Shown here: one piece after another, positions 50,770 to 59,047 of the stretch
How the letters are laid out: each line of letters begins with the position of its first letter
How positions within the stretch are numbered: the stretch's first letter is position 1
Assembly: GCA_045124835.1 (NCBI GenBank)
Contig: JBGVMO010000124.1
Span: 1 to 60,537, forward strand
Direction of reading: 5' to 3'
From: Eubacteriales bacterium
GTDB lineage: Bacteria; Bacillota; Clostridia; Oscillospirales; CAG-272
DNA length: 60,537 nucleotides
Position numbers and translations under genes: made by a program
The notes under the pieces: generated by a model
Database searches by the model: none
What the model was told of the DNA's origin: nothing
The model's input: the letters and a program-made list of their open reading frames with translations, nothing else

Positions 50770-51868
50770 TTGTCAAAGCCGCCACGGTCTTTAATGCCTC
50801 GGCAATTACCACGTGCATATCGTAATACTTGTAAGCGCCGAGTCTGCCGCCGAAGGTCACCTTGGGCTCGTTCTCGGCAAGTGCCTTGTACTTGTCATAA
50901 AGCAGGGTGTTCTTGGCGTCATTTACAGGGTAATAGGGCTCTTCACCCAGCACCCATTCGGACGAATATTCGCGGCTGATAACCGTTTTCTTCTGCGTGC
51001 CGAACTCAAAGTGCTTGTGCTCGATAATGCGCGTATAGGGAACGGAGGCCTCGGTATAGTTGACAACGGCATTGCCCTGATAGGACTCCATATCGAGAAT
51101 TTCGGTTTCAAAGCGTACGCTTCTGTATTCCAAAGCGCCAAAGGCAAAATTGAAATAGCGGTCAATGGGGCCCGTGTAGATTATGTGCGCGGCCAAGGCA
51201 TCAAGCTCCTCCTTGCGCTCAAAATAGTCGCAATCGGTGATAACCTCGCTGCCCTCTAGCATCTTTTCAATAATGGGGGTGTAGCCGCCGATGGGAATGC
51301 CCTGATATCTGTCGTTAAAATAGTTGTTATCAAAGGTAAAGCGAACGGGCAAGCGCTTGATGATAAAGGCAGGAAGCTCCTCGCATTTTTTGCCCCATTG
51401 CTTTTCGGTATAGCCCTCAATGAGCTTCTTATAAATGGTTTCACCAATCAGGGAGATGGCCTGCTCCTTCAGATTGGTGGGCTTTTCACAGAAGCCCTTT
51501 TTCTTCTCCTCGTCAATACGGCGCTTGGCGTCCTCGGGCGTGAACACGTCAGGCCAGAGCTTTGTAAAGGTATTCATATTGAAGGGAAGATTGTAAAGCT
51601 CGTTGCGATAACGGGCAACGGGAGAGTTGACGTAGTTGTTGAACTCCGCAAAGCCGTTGATATACTCCCAAATTTTCTTGTCGGAGGTGTGGAAAATGTG
51701 CGCACCGTACTTGTGTACGTTGATGCCCTCAATTTCCTCCGTGTAAATATTGCCGCCGATATGGCTTCTCTTTTCCACCACGAGACAGCGAGCGCCTCTT
51801 TTGGTCAGCTCGTGTGCGCAAACGGCGCCGAAAAGTCCCGAGCCCACAATCAGATAATCGTATTTCAT
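50759..51868 (-). CDS. glf: UDP-galactopyranose mutase
   Basis: MKYDYLIVGSGLFGAVCAHEL...VEKRSHIGGNIYTE...HKYGAHIFHT. 369 aa. Confidence 0.92.
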   Translation of the reverse strand: MKYDYLIVGSGLFGAVCAHELTKRGARCLVVEKRSHIGGNIYTEEIEGINVHKYGAHIFHTSDKKIWEYINGFAEFNNYVNSPVARYRNELYNLPFNMNTFTKLWPDVFTPEDAKRRIDEEKKKGFCEKPTNLKEQAISLIGETIYKKLIEGYTEKQWGKKCEELPAFIIKRLPVRFTFDNNYFNDRYQGIPIGGYTPIIEKMLEGSEVITDCDYFERKEELDALAAHIIYTGPIDRYFNFAFGALEYRSVRFETEILDMESYQGNAVVNYTEASVPYTRIIEHKHFEFGTQKKTVISREYSSEWVLGEEPYYPVNDAKNTLLYDKYKALAENEPKVTFGGRLGAYKYYDMHVVIAEALKTVAALTNEN

Positions 51869-51938
51869 ATGGAGAACCGCGTCCTTGCCGAAGCAAAGAC
51901 TCCTTTCTTTGTTGAGGTTTGAGGCGAAGCCCCGTTTT

Positions 51939-52925
51939 TTAAGAAATGGTCTTTAAATACAGCTTGCGTGCCAAGGGGTAAAGCAGGAAGGCGGAATAAC
52001 GCAAAAGCTTGCATTTTTTGCCCTCCATGAAGCGCGCGTAAACCTCTTCATCGCTTTCCTTGACGAAGGCGAAAAATTCCTTTACTCTCGCTTTTGCCTC
52101 GCGGCCTTTGTCAAAGCTCAGAAGAACGCCAAGCTCAACGTCTGCCATCACGGCAATGCGCTTTGCCATAAAGCGCCGTTGGCCGTCGGCAAGGGCGCTC
52201 TTTTTCTCCTTGAAAAGAGAGAAAAGACGCAAAAGCACCCGATGGTGCTGGGGCAGATTTTTTCGCATACTGGCAGGGTTGACGCTTTGGGTCGCCTGTG
52301 CGACACGGTACATATACACCGTCTTGTCAAAGTAGGCAAGGGTCTTGACTGCGGGAATGGGGAAAAGGGTATATTCCGTGTCGGTATAGAAGCAGTTGTC
52401 CAAGGTTTCTGCTGCCTTGAAGAGCGCCGTCTTGTAGGTCAAGGCGTGCATCTGGTAGGGCACGTAGGGGAACATCTCCTCGAAAAAGAGAAGCTCTCTT
52501 ACGGGAAGGGCGGTGGTTTCAACCCCGATAACCTTTTTTTCGCTATTATCGTATACCTCATAGTCGGATACCACAAGGTCGGCGTCCGTGTTCTCCAGAA
52601 AGGCGATAAAATCGGCTAAATTCTCGGTTTTGACCCAGTCATCCCCGTCTACCATTCTGAAATACTTTCCCGTGGCGTTGGCAATACCGCAGTTGACGGT
52701 AGAGCCGGGCCCCTCGTTTTCCTTGCGAATCAGCTTGACGGTGTCGGGATAGAGGGCGGCGTATTTTTCCACAATGTCAGGGGTGTCGTCGTGACTTCCG
52801 TCGTCGGTGACGATAACCTCAATCTTGTCCCTTGCATCACTATTACAGAAGGAGGTCAGGTTTTCCAAAATCATCTCGCCGAGGTTATAGGAGGCAACGC
52901 TGACGGATAAAATTTTCTCACTCAT
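51939..52925 (-). CDS. family 2 glycosyltransferase
   Basis: LSVSVASYN...VTDDGSHDDT...VDGDDW (DxD). ATG 52925 preferred, with TTG 52931 possible. Confidence 0.85.
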   Translation of the reverse strand: MSEKILSVSVASYNLGEMILENLTSFCNSDARDKIEVIVTDDGSHDDTPDIVEKYAALYPDTVKLIRKENEGPGSTVNCGIANATGKYFRMVDGDDWVKTENLADFIAFLENTDADLVVSDYEVYDNSEKKVIGVETTALPVRELLFFEEMFPYVPYQMHALTYKTALFKAAETLDNCFYTDTEYTLFPIPAVKTLAYFDKTVYMYRVAQATQSVNPASMRKNLPQHHRVLLRLFSLFKEKKSALADGQRRFMAKRIAVMADVELGVLLSFDKGREAKARVKEFFAFVKESDEEVYARFMEGKKCKLLRYSAFLLYPLARKLYLKTIS

Positions 52926-54951
52926 AATCAATCTGTCCTGTCTGGTAAATTTTTTCTAAAAGAGCGGCCGATTCCTTGGCGTCAAAGTGCGCCCGCAGCA
53001 GCTCCTTTGCGTATTCCTCGCGCGGCAACGGTGCCCTTTTTGCCTGCAAAACGGCGTCGGCCCACAGGGCAGGGCTTGCAATATCCACGAAGGAAACAAG
53101 GTCCGTGAAGGCTACCTCGCGCGTAATGGTGCTTGAGCAAACGGTGGGAAGTCCCGTTCCCTGCGCTTCAACAGCGGCAATGCCCAAGCCCTCGAAAACG
53201 GAGGGGAAAAGGAAAACGTCACTTGCCATTAAGAGCGCGGGAATGTCGTCACGCAGGCCAAGGAAGGAAACGCGGTCCTGAAGCCCTGCTCTTTTTACCT
53301 TTTCAACAATTTCCTGCTTTAAGGGCCCGTCGCCGATAAGAAGCAGGTGAAAGTCCTTGCCCTTTTCGGCAAGCAGCTGTACCGTTTCAATCAAAAAGGC
53401 GTGGTTCTTTTCGGGGGCGAAGCGCCCAATGTGGCAAAGCAAAAGCTCGTCCTTCATACCAAGCGCGCATCGGGTGCTTTCGCGGATTTCACTTGAAAAG
53501 ACGTATCGTTTACTGTCGATGCCGTTGTTGATAACGGCGTAGCGCTTCTTTTCTATAACGGAGGCAGGAAATTTTCTTTCTGCGGCCTTTTCCGAGCAGG
53601 CCAAAAATCCGTCCGCATATTTTTCAATGCGCCTGTCCGAATAGGCCTTGATGAGCTTGTATTTGAAGGAGGCTGTGCTTCCTGCGGCGTGGGAATGCAC
53701 GTAGACGCGCTTGACGCCGAATTTCTTGGCAATGCGTGCGGCGTTGTAGAGGGCGTAAAGACTGCCCGATTGAATGTGAATGACGTCAAAGCAATCCGCT
53801 TTCAGAATGCGCTTCAAGCCGCGCGTGGTGTAAAGCTTGCGCAAGGGCGTTTGAAAAGGGAAGTCCAGATGAATCAGGCCGTAGCCGCGCTCCTTGATGA
53901 GCGAAAGCAGGGCCTCGTTGTCGGCGTTATAGGGCGTGGCAAAGGTATAGGAGATGGCCTCGCTTTCAAAGTCGCGCGCCATATTCAGCATAAAGGCCTC
54001 CTGACCGCCGTAGGACAGAGGTTCACAGAAGAATTCCAGCACCTTGACCCTGGACTTGGGTCTGAAGACGTATTCCTTGGTGGGCTTGAAGCTCTTGGCC
54101 GCGCGCGCACCTTGGCGCAGAATGGCCAGCTTCTCCTTTTTCATCGGCGTGCCCGAAAAGCGAATCTTGACGCGATGGTACAGCTTTTTGAAGAAATAGT
54201 AAAGCTTACCGCGTAAGCCCTCCTTGGCGTAAAAGTAGCCTTCGTTACGATAGGCGTAGAAATAGCGGTCGAGTCTGTCGCCCGTGTCCGAAACGATGTC
54301 CGCGCCAATGTTGTTCTTGGATTTGTGAACGGCAACGCTGTCGGCCACAAGATAGCAGGGAAACCGCTTGGAGATGCGCGCGGTATATTCCCAGTCGTCA
54401 CCCCAGATGAAGAATTCGCGATAGGGAAGTCCCACCTCTTCAATGACCTTAGCCGTCAGGAAAAGAGAAACGAAGGAGGCAAGCTTAACCCGCTGATTGC
54501 GCGTAAAATCGGTCAGCTCCTTGGAAAGCGTTGTGCGTTGTACGTTCATTTTGCAGATGCTGCCGTCCGTCCAGCGAACGACGCCCGACAAAAAGCCGAA
54601 TGCATCGTTTGCTTTTTCAGCAAAGCGCAAAAAGCCGTCAAGGGCAGTAGGCGTGACGATGCAGTCGTCATCCATCAGCCAGACGTAGTAGGCGCCAAGC
54701 GTTACTGCGCGGCGAATGCCATAGGCAAAGCCGCCCGCACCGCCAAGGTTTTTGCCCGTGTTTTCGTAGATGACGGCGGGGTTTTCAAGCAGGTCGGCAA
54801 TATATTCCTTGGTGCCGTCCGTTCCTGCGTTGTCCACCACCAGTATGCGCAAATTGTCGTTTTTGGAGGATAGCAGGGCCAAAACACCCTCGCGCAAAAG
54901 CACCTTGCGGTTGTAGGTAACGACAACGGCGTAAATCAATTTTTCATTCAA
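52918..54951 (-). CDS. bifunctional glycosyltransferase (N-terminal GT2-like + C-terminal GT4-like)
   Basis: The N-terminus has YAVVVTYNRK...VVDNAGTDGT...WLMDDD. The C-terminus has FPSVFEGLGIAAVEAQGTGLP (E-x7-E). The track ORF has no in-frame ATG near the conserved start. I propose TTG 54951, so the start is uncertain. Confidence 0.7.
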   Translation of the reverse strand: MNEKLIYAVVVTYNRKVLLREGVLALLSSKNDNLRILVVDNAGTDGTKEYIADLLENPAVIYENTGKNLGGAGGFAYGIRRAVTLGAYYVWLMDDDCIVTPTALDGFLRFAEKANDAFGFLSGVVRWTDGSICKMNVQRTTLSKELTDFTRNQRVKLASFVSLFLTAKVIEEVGLPYREFFIWGDDWEYTARISKRFPCYLVADSVAVHKSKNNIGADIVSDTGDRLDRYFYAYRNEGYFYAKEGLRGKLYYFFKKLYHRVKIRFSGTPMKKEKLAILRQGARAAKSFKPTKEYVFRPKSRVKVLEFFCEPLSYGGQEAFMLNMARDFESEAISYTFATPYNADNEALLSLIKERGYGLIHLDFPFQTPLRKLYTTRGLKRILKADCFDVIHIQSGSLYALYNAARIAKKFGVKRVYVHSHAAGSTASFKYKLIKAYSDRRIEKYADGFLACSEKAAERKFPASVIEKKRYAVINNGIDSKRYVFSSEIRESTRCALGMKDELLLCHIGRFAPEKNHAFLIETVQLLAEKGKDFHLLLIGDGPLKQEIVEKVKRAGLQDRVSFLGLRDDIPALLMASDVFLFPSVFEGLGIAAVEAQGTGLPTVCSSTITREVAFTDLVSFVDIASPALWADAVLQAKRAPLPREEYAKELLRAHFDAKESAALLEKIYQTGQIDYE

Positions 54952-56158
54952 GGCTTGATTTCTCGCTTTCTTTTTGCTTTTTAAAGAAGGACAGCGGCTT
55001 TTGGTTGACGATAAAAGCCAACGAAAGCGCAAAGACGTTGTAGCGAACGTCACAAAGATAGGCTTCAAACAGACCGTTTGCGAAGCACATGAAAAGGGCA
55101 AAAAGCAACCAATGGTTGCCCGTTTTCAAGGCGTGCCTCATGGCAAGAACGTCAATGGTCATAACCGTTAAAAAGCCGAATACGCCCATGTTGAAGAGAT
55201 AGAAATACCAAGAGGAGTCAACGCCGATATAAACGTCGCCCTCCATCCAGCTTACCGATTGGCCGAAGAGAGAAAGACCGGGAGAGGAAAAGGCGTTGGC
55301 AGTCAGCGCAAGACGGTTGGAAAAGAAGCTGTTCAGCTCTATGGCAAAGGCGTTTCCCTTCGCGTAAAGAAAAACGAGGAGGCCGAAGAGCAGAAACAGA
55401 AGCAAGGGGAAAAAGCAAAGCGTGTTGTAGGCCCAAGGTCTTTGCAGAAAGGCGAGAAGAGATGCAAGGCTTTTTCCTTTTTGTGCAAGAAGCTTGTGGG
55501 CAAGCGTGACGGCGACTATCACCAAGGTCAAGCCAAGGCCCGTTCTTGTGTCCGTTTGGGCGTAAACGAAAATGGGAAGTATAAGCTCAAGCGCCAAAAG
55601 CCAGTAGGGCGTTTTATCCTTGAGGGCGTAATTCAGCGAGAGGGCCGCAAAAAAGACGAGCGATTGGGACATTGTGGCGTAGGTGAAGCCTAAGGTGTAT
55701 CGCTCCATCTCGCCTCGGTAGGAAAACACCTCATTGGGCAGGATACCGATAAGCGCAAGAAGGATAACCAAAACCGTTCCGATGCCGACAAGCGCGCCTG
55801 CGGCAAAGGCAACGCGCTTAAAATCGCAGTCCTTCAAGGCGAGAAGCAATAGGGGCAAAAGAATAAAAAGTGTGCGCCAGCCTGTCGCAATATAAATGCC
55901 GATGCCCAAGCCGAGAAAAAGCAGAACGAGCAAAAGGCCGAGGGAAAGGCGAAGCCTTAAGAGAACAACGTCTGCAAGCAGGGAAAGGCTTATCAGAACG
56001 AAGAGAATAAGCTTGGCGCTTGAGAGGATTGCCGCTAAAAGAGGGATATTCAGCATTTCAGAGGTTAAAAAGACCTCAAGCAAGCAGCGCGCACCCAAAA
56101 GCCAGGGCAATGACCGCTTTAAAAGCGCGAAGCCAAACCAATTAAAAGCTCTTTCCAT
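54944..56158 (-). CDS. Wzy-like polymerase / O-antigen-ligase-family membrane protein
   Basis: 404 aa with ~10 TM segments, sitting inside the glycan locus. Assignment is by topology and context. Confidence 0.55.
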   Translation of the reverse strand: MERAFNWFGFALLKRSLPWLLGARCLLEVFLTSEMLNIPLLAAILSSAKLILFVLISLSLLADVVLLRLRLSLGLLLVLLFLGLGIGIYIATGWRTLFILLPLLLLALKDCDFKRVAFAAGALVGIGTVLVILLALIGILPNEVFSYRGEMERYTLGFTYATMSQSLVFFAALSLNYALKDKTPYWLLALELILPIFVYAQTDTRTGLGLTLVIVAVTLAHKLLAQKGKSLASLLAFLQRPWAYNTLCFFPLLLFLLFGLLVFLYAKGNAFAIELNSFFSNRLALTANAFSSPGLSLFGQSVSWMEGDVYIGVDSSWYFYLFNMGVFGFLTVMTIDVLAMRHALKTGNHWLLFALFMCFANGLFEAYLCDVRYNVFALSLAFIVNQKPLSFFKKQKESEKSSLE

Positions 56159-56927
56159 ATTTCTCCTTCTTGAACTTGGCCTTCAAAAAGCTTGTCCCCT
56201 TTTTCCACCAGTTGACGGGCTCGATGCTTTCAAGGCCAACCTCCGTATAAGAAATTCCGTTGGTTTGCAGGTATACGTCAAAGAGAAGCTCGCTGACGCG
56301 CCCGAAAAAGCGAGCGTGAAAGGCGGTGTAAACCGAGCAGTCAATGCGCTTTTCAAGCTCGAAAAGAATGGGGAAGAGCCAGGCACAGTAAGCGTCAACG
56401 GCCGTTTTTTTGCCAACGAACATATTGAACATATGCGCGCTCTTGCGTTTTTTGAGCGCCTCAAAGGCAGGAGAATAGAGAGGGCATTGCTCGGCAATGA
56501 TTTTCCCTGCCTCATCCAAGGGCTCAACGTACATCGTGTGCGCGTAATGGGAATACAGCGTTTCAATGTAATAATTGCGCTTTTTGGGGAGAATAAAATC
56601 GTATTTTTGCAAAAGCTTCTCGGCGGTCTCTCTCGAAAGCACGTGCCGCTTGCGCCCGTTTGCCACGAAAGGCACCCTGCCGTGCAAATGACGTCTGTAA
56701 TGCACAAGTCCAAGATAATCGGCGGATACGTTTTTCCAAGCATAATAAAGGGCGGTCAATTCACAAAAGAAGGGGTTCTTCTCGGCGATGTTATCGTTTT
56801 CGTTGTCGCGGATATAGCCCTCGGGCAAATCAGCCTTGCCTCCAACCAAAATCGGTTGATATTCGCTTGCCTTGGGCATAGGATATTCCTTATGGGTAAC
56901 CACGAGAATTTTCGTTTGTGCCACCAT
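56142..56927 (-). CDS. DUF4422-family (putative galactofuranosyl-) glycosyltransferase
   Basis: KILVVTHKEYPMP...YQPILVGG...NPFFCELTALYYAWKN matches the DUF4422 pattern as I remember it. AAAGGAGGA RBS. Confidence 0.7.
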   Translation of the reverse strand: MVAQTKILVVTHKEYPMPKASEYQPILVGGKADLPEGYIRDNENDNIAEKNPFFCELTALYYAWKNVSADYLGLVHYRRHLHGRVPFVANGRKRHVLSRETAEKLLQKYDFILPKKRNYYIETLYSHYAHTMYVEPLDEAGKIIAEQCPLYSPAFEALKKRKSAHMFNMFVGKKTAVDAYCAWLFPILFELEKRIDCSVYTAFHARFFGRVSELLFDVYLQTNGISYTEVGLESIEPVNWWKKGTSFLKAKFKKEKYGKSF

Positions 56928-57176
56928 GGCGTCCTCCTTTTATGCTATTAATATATTAAGGTAATAAAGATAAAGTTATACATTGTATATGATAACACAT
57001 ATATTTGAAAAAATCAAGGAAATTCTTGCCTTTCTCAAGAATTTCTCAGGAATTTCACAGGAAAGGCACAAGCCTAAAAAGAAAAAAGAGCGATAACGTT
57101 CCTTGCAAGAACGGGGCCACCCGTTGCCCTCCTTGCAAAAGCACTTGCACAAACGAAAGAATACAGGCATAAAAAC

Positions 57177-57245
57177 AAAGCAACGGTCGCCGCAAGCGTT
57201 CTCTCGCTTTCGTCAGAGAGCGCCGTTGAAGACCGTTGCTTTTTG
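57177..57245 (-). terminator. long compound hairpin terminator after the DUF4037 gene
   Basis: The outer stem is AAAGCAACGGTC ... GACCGTTGCTTT. On the minus strand it is followed by ttgttttt. An inner hairpin forms around ctctcgctttcgtcagagag. Confidence 0.6.
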
Positions 57246-57290
57246 CTTTGCTTTTAACGCAAATATTTGTTTACAAAATAAGGAAATGTG

Positions 57291-58235
57291 CTATATTTCG
57301 GAGATGCCATCTAAAATGTGCATATGGCGAAGTATGGGGTTCTTGATGCCTCTTTGCACCGCATAAGCGTGCGCGGAAAGCTCCTCGCTCTCCTCCTCTG
57401 AAAAGCCATTTTCGGTGAAAGCCTTGCAAAAGAGCAGGCAAATATTCTCGATAACCTCGGCCTTGTCTTTGGCAACGCGCATTTCGTTGCCAAGCTCGCA
57501 AAGACCCGTCAAGGTGTCGGCAAGAGAAGCAAAGCGCGAAAGTAAGCGCATACCCCGAAACGCCCATTTATAAAAGGGCTCGTAGACGTTGTTTAAAAGA
57601 TAAACGGTGGAAATGGCGTGTCGCACGAAGGCGAAAACGGCAAGCTGGGCCGCGCCCGACTCCTCGCGCTTGACAAGGCGCGGGTAGTTGTAAAGCCCGC
57701 TTTGCGTCATGGCAAGCGCGTGGGCCGCAAGCAGCTTTTTACGCACGTCAAGCGGGTAGCCCTCCTTTAAAATTTCGCGGATGCGCGAAAATTCTCCGTC
57801 ACCGTCAAGAAAAACCTCACCGCTCGTGGCGGCGCGTAAGGCGTATGAGGGAATATGAAGCCAAAAGACAGGGTCACTTGGCGGCTCCTCGCTTCCTAAA
57901 AAGCGGCTGTAAAAATCCTCGCGCACCAAAACGCCGTGCCGCTTGCCGCTGGGGGCAAGAGATTGGCGACGAAAGCCCATATGCTCCTTGGGAAGCTTGG
58001 CGTAGGCGCGCTCCAGGGGGAAGCCGAAGGCGTCGTAATCCTTCCTTGAAAGCCAGATGCAAAAGCCGGGCTCAAAATCGTGATCCTGCGAGAGCGCATC
58101 GTCGAAGCCCTCGCATTCCGAGCCCTCGCCCACAAGGCCAACGGCTAAAAAGGGAAGCTTGTCTGCAAAGTGAGAGAAAAGCATTTCCTTGCCGTAGGTC
58201 TCGTAATAGGAGCGGGCAAGTGCAAGACCCTTCAT
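57291..58235 (-). CDS. DUF4037-domain (nucleotidyltransferase-like) protein
   Basis: Start trimmed to ATG 58235 (MKGLALARSYYETYGKEML...), which overlaps the TPR gene stop as ATGA. VGLVGEGSECEGFDDALSQDHDFEPGF is typical of DUF4037. Confidence 0.65.
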   Translation of the reverse strand: MKGLALARSYYETYGKEMLFSHFADKLPFLAVGLVGEGSECEGFDDALSQDHDFEPGFCIWLSRKDYDAFGFPLERAYAKLPKEHMGFRRQSLAPSGKRHGVLVREDFYSRFLGSEEPPSDPVFWLHIPSYALRAATSGEVFLDGDGEFSRIREILKEGYPLDVRKKLLAAHALAMTQSGLYNYPRLVKREESGAAQLAVFAFVRHAISTVYLLNNVYEPFYKWAFRGMRLLSRFASLADTLTGLCELGNEMRVAKDKAEVIENICLLFCKAFTENGFSEEESEELSAHAYAVQRGIKNPILRHMHILDGISEI

Positions 58236-59047
58236 AAAACCTCTCCCTTCAAAAGCGCCGAAAGCACAGCCTCCTCGTCGGTGAGCCCGAAATGGCGGAA
58301 GGAGGGGATGCATTTGCCGAGCGTGAAGACAAAGTAGCCGTTGCGCTCAATTTTGGGAGAGAGCAAGAGCTTGTAGGCCGCAATCAATGCGGGATAGATT
58401 TTTTCATCCTGCCAAAGCTCGTAAAGATGGGCAAGGTTAAGGTAGGTCACAGCAGCCTCGAGAAGCCCCTTTTCTTCCTTTTCCATAATGGAAAGCGCGG
58501 CAAAAAAGGTTTTCTCTGCCTCCTCCTTGCGACCAAGGTCGGCAAGGGCAAGACCGTAATTGTTATAATAGCCTGCAAGTCTTGTATCATTTTCGTCAAG
58601 CGCGCTTGCATAAACCGCATACGCTCTTTCGTATAAGGGCAGGGCCTCTTCTGCAAGACCAAAGGCCTTCATCGTGGTTGCCGCATTGAGAAGAACGGTG
58701 GCGGCGGAAAGCGTTTTTTCGTTTTCCAAGGCGTCAATCAACGCAAGGGCGCGAGAAACGGCGGCAAGCGCCTTTTCCCGATTGCTTTTCTTGCGGTAGA
58801 GGCCAAGCTCTTCGCTGACAACGGCAAGCTCACCGCGCGCGTCGGCAAGAGAGGTGGCCTCCCTATGCCAGAAATCAAGCACGCGCTCGGCCTCATCCAA
58901 ATCGTTTCTTTCAAAGGCCTCGTCAAGCCGTGCAATCATCCGTTCAACGTTGATGCGACCGATGGGCGAGTCCTCTCCCTTGTAGTTGCCACAGGCGGCA
59001 CAGCCGTCATAGAGGAAAAGCTCCTCAAAAAAATCATCGTTTCTCAT
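58232..59047 (-). CDS. tetratricopeptide-repeat protein
   Basis: Repeated A-x-x-x-Y/A-L helical hairpins, for example EEALPLYERAYAVYASAL and YYNNYGLALADLGRKEEAEKTFFAAL. Its ATG overlaps the upstream stop as ATGA. Confidence 0.75.
   Translation of the reverse strand: MRNDDFFEELFLYDGCAACGNYKGEDSPIGRINVERMIARLDEAFERNDLDEAERVLDFWHREATSLADARGELAVVSEELGLYRKKSNREKALAAVSRALALIDALENEKTLSAATVLLNAATTMKAFGLAEEALPLYERAYAVYASALDENDTRLAGYYNNYGLALADLGRKEEAEKTFFAALSIMEKEEKGLLEAAVTYLNLAHLYELWQDEKIYPALIAAYKLLLSPKIERNGYFVFTLGKCIPSFRHFGLTDEEAVLSALLKGEVL

Noticed and set aside
53689-56951. Plus-strand ORFs 53689-54216, 54325-54873, 55259-55693 and 55896-56951 (351 aa)
   Set aside because: They are antisense to the glycosyltransferase, Wzy and DUF4422 genes, which have recognisable motifs or topology.
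2380-58313. N-terminal extensions of many track ORFs (for example 2470, 4160, 14427, 16750, 17567, 22096, 28143, 42362, 43813, 44118 and 58313)
   Set aside because: The extensions overlap upstream genes or terminators and lack an RBS. Internal ATGs preceded by AAAGGA-type RBSs give N-termini that match the known families.
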